Assembly (NCBI GenBank): GCA_963422645.2
Contig: CAXXVO010000004.1
Location: 128,001 to 192,000, forward strand
DNA: 64,000 nucleotides
Direction of reading: 5' to 3'
Origin: Alphaproteobacteria bacterium
GTDB taxonomy: Bacteria > Pseudomonadota > Alphaproteobacteria > UBA828
A program made the translations under genes and the position numbers. A model generated the notes under the pieces. The model was given only the letters and a program-made list of their open reading frames with translations, was not told where the DNA came from and made no database searches. How positions within the stretch are numbered: position 1 is the first letter of the stretch; every line of letters starts with the position of its first letter. Below are positions 62,101 to 64,000 of this stretch, piece after piece.

Positions 62101-62675
62101 GGCAGATCGAACACCTGGCGGGCGACGGGCGTTCCCGCCCTGGCCGCGTCCGAAAGCGGCGAACCGCATCCCTTGCAGGAAGCCGGGACGTGATCCTTCA
62201 CCCGATCCGGGTGATCGGCGCGGCGCAGCGTCTTGCCCTTGTGGCCGGGCTGGCCACCGGGCTTGCGGCCCGATTTGCCGCGCAGGCTTCGGGTTCGCCG
62301 CTTCGAATTCGGCTTCCTCAGCCCATCGCTCGAAGGCGGCTTGCCGCTGTTGCCGCTGTTGAGGCCGAGACGGCGCTCCAACTCCTCGATGCGCTCGACG
62401 AGACGCGCGACTTGCTCTTCCAGCCGCGCGTTCTGCTGCCGAAGCCAGGCATTTTCCTCCCGAAGCCGGGCGTTCTCCTCCTCCAGGCGGGCGATCTTCT
62501 GCGCGGGCGTTTCGGGCGCTGCTCCCGTCGAAGGGCCGCGCGGCGACTCGGGATTGCTCATGTCGTTGTTGAGTCATTTCCCGAAATTCCCGTCAAGCCC
62601 TTTCCACCAACTCCGAACGAGAAACGCCTCAATCCACTGGCCCAAAATGACAAATCAGACGACCTGGGCAGTTAC
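59126..62675 (-). mobile_element. IS66-B outer copy with a second B nested in it; transposase 61055-62561 frameshifted (+1 near 61837)
   Basis: TSD GATAATTT at 59118-59125 and 62676-62683. Confidence 0.93.
59157..60809 (-). mobile_element. IS66-B inner copy with a net 235-bp internal deletion (junction near 60091)
   Basis: TSD GAAAATTC at 59149-59156 and 60810-60817; lacks the DETG segment. Confidence 0.93.
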
Positions 62676-62704
62676 GATAATTTCATGGAGTTGGTGCGCA
62701 GCCC

Positions 62705-63817
62705 TTAGGCGGCGCCTCCCGGCGGCCGGTCCGGAACTGTCGGCGGCGTGCCGAGGGGGCTGAGCCAGGTGACGTGGCCCATCTTGCGGCCGTCCCGGGT
62801 CTCATCCTTGCCGTAGAGGTGGAGGTGCGCGGCCGGGTCCGCGGCGAGCGCCCGCCAGCGCTCGACATCGGCACCGATCAGGTTCTTCATACAGGCGTTG
62901 GCGCGCCCTGCCGTGGAGCCGAGCGGCAGGCCGCAAATGGCGCGGATATGCTGCGCGAATTGGCTGGTCTCGCAGCCCTCGATGGTCCAGTGGCCCGAGT
63001 TGTGGACGCGGGGGGCGATCTCGTTGACCAGCAGCCGGCCGTCCTCGGTGAGAAAGAGCTCGACGCAGAGAGCGCCCACATGGTCGAGCGCCTGGACGAC
63101 GCGCTCGGCGCCCTCTCGCGCGGCCTGCGCGAGAGCAGGGGGTATGGCGGCCGGTGCCAGAGTCACGTCCAGGATGCCGTTCACATGGCGGTTCTCGACC
63201 GGATCGAAACTTGCGACCTGCCCGTCCGAAGCGCGGGCCACGATCACCGAGACCTCGCGCTCGATGGGCGCGAAGGCTTCCAGGATCGCGGGCCGGCTGC
63301 CCAGGGTATCGCGCCAGGCCACGAGCAGATCATCGCCCGCAGTCAAGACGACCTGACCCTTGCCGTCATAGCCGAGGATCTGGGTCTTGAGCACCGCGGG
63401 CCGGGAAATACGCGCATCGGCAGCTGCGTTGTTGGCGCCAACCTCAACCGCCGCATAGGGCGTCGTCTCCAACCCAAGGCCGCGCACGAAATCCTTTTCG
63501 GCGATGCGGTTCTGGGCGACGCGGAGCGAGCGGGCGCCCGGCCGCACCGGCACTCGCTCCGCCAGCCGTTCGAGTGCCGATGCCGGCACGTTCTCGAACT
63601 CGGTGGTGACGACATCCACCGCGGCGCCGAAGGCGTCGAGAGCCGCGTCATCGTCGTAGGCTGCTGCGGTCTCGGCGGCTGAGACCTGCGCGGCCGGGCC
63701 GCCCGGCTCGGGTGAGAAGATATGGCAGCGGTAGCCGAGAGGCGCGGCGGCGATCGCCAGCATCCGGCCGAGCTGGCCGCCGCCGAGGATGCCGATGGTG
63801 GAGCCCGGCGCGATCAC
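62705..63817 (-). CDS. purK: N5-CAIR synthetase
   Basis: IGILGGGQLGRM, TTEFENVP, GYDGKGQ, NEIAPRVHNSGHWT, YGK..RKMGH. Confidence 0.96.
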   Translation of the reverse strand: MIAPGSTIGILGGGQLGRMLAIAAAPLGYRCHIFSPEPGGPAAQVSAAETAAAYDDDAALDAFGAAVDVVTTEFENVPASALERLAERVPVRPGARSLRVAQNRIAEKDFVRGLGLETTPYAAVEVGANNAAADARISRPAVLKTQILGYDGKGQVVLTAGDDLLVAWRDTLGSRPAILEAFAPIEREVSVIVARASDGQVASFDPVENRHVNGILDVTLAPAAIPPALAQAAREGAERVVQALDHVGALCVELFLTEDGRLLVNEIAPRVHNSGHWTIEGCETSQFAQHIRAICGLPLGSTAGRANACMKNLIGADVERWRALAADPAAHLHLYGKDETRDGRKMGHVTWLSPLGTPPTVPDRPPGGAA

Positions 63818-63821
63818 GGGA

Positions 63822-64000
63822 TCAGGACTCCGGGGTTTCGGCGACCGCAGCGGTCTGATTGGCGCGCCACGCGTCGAGCGCGGCGGCCACGCGCTCATCC
63901 CCGAGGGCCACGATCGCGGCGGCGAGCAGGGCCGCGTTGACCGCGCCGGCGCGCCCGATGGCGACCGTGCCGACCGGCACGCCCGCCGGCATCTGGACGA
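63822..64000 (-). CDS. purE: N5-CAIR mutase, 3' part
   Basis: Own translation: [35 protein letters not shown]..stop. Confidence 0.93.
   Translation of the reverse strand, partial: VQMPAGVPVGTVAIGRAGAVNAALLAAAIVALGDERVAAALDAWRANQTAAVAETPES

Overview
GC-rich (roughly 68% by eye) alphaproteobacterial chromosome segment undergoing a recent IS expansion: about 18.6 kb of the 64 kb (about 29%) is insertion sequence, and many gene fragments are present. Core blocks are thr aldolase/oxidoreductase, penicillin acylase-CaiB-hemB, Mo-oxidoreductase-thrC-M16-tusA-rimJ, yqgE, a purine-catabolism operon (uraH-xdhABC-ABC transporter-puuD-uraD-guaD, continued by pcm, a membrane SAM-binding protein and a GATase) and purK/purE. 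Three single-transposase IS66-type elements (here called A, B, C) share the terminus GTAACT(G/A)CCCAGGT; A and B make 8-bp target duplications and nest into each other's ends. Most notable: (1) element A carries a small D12/Dam-like adenine methyltransferase inside its IRs, apparently translationally coupled to the transposase, in two copies; (2) a low-GC three-gene module that looks like a TIGR04255-like protein, an antitoxin-like protein and an ART/RES-like toxin; (3) a 267-bp palindromic MITE-like element sitting in-frame in the N-terminus of the penicillin acylase; (4) an IS1634 element with an 85-bp target duplication; (5) an unclassified large DDE element embedded in an A/B mosaic. All family assignments come from motif recognition by eye; no searches were run.
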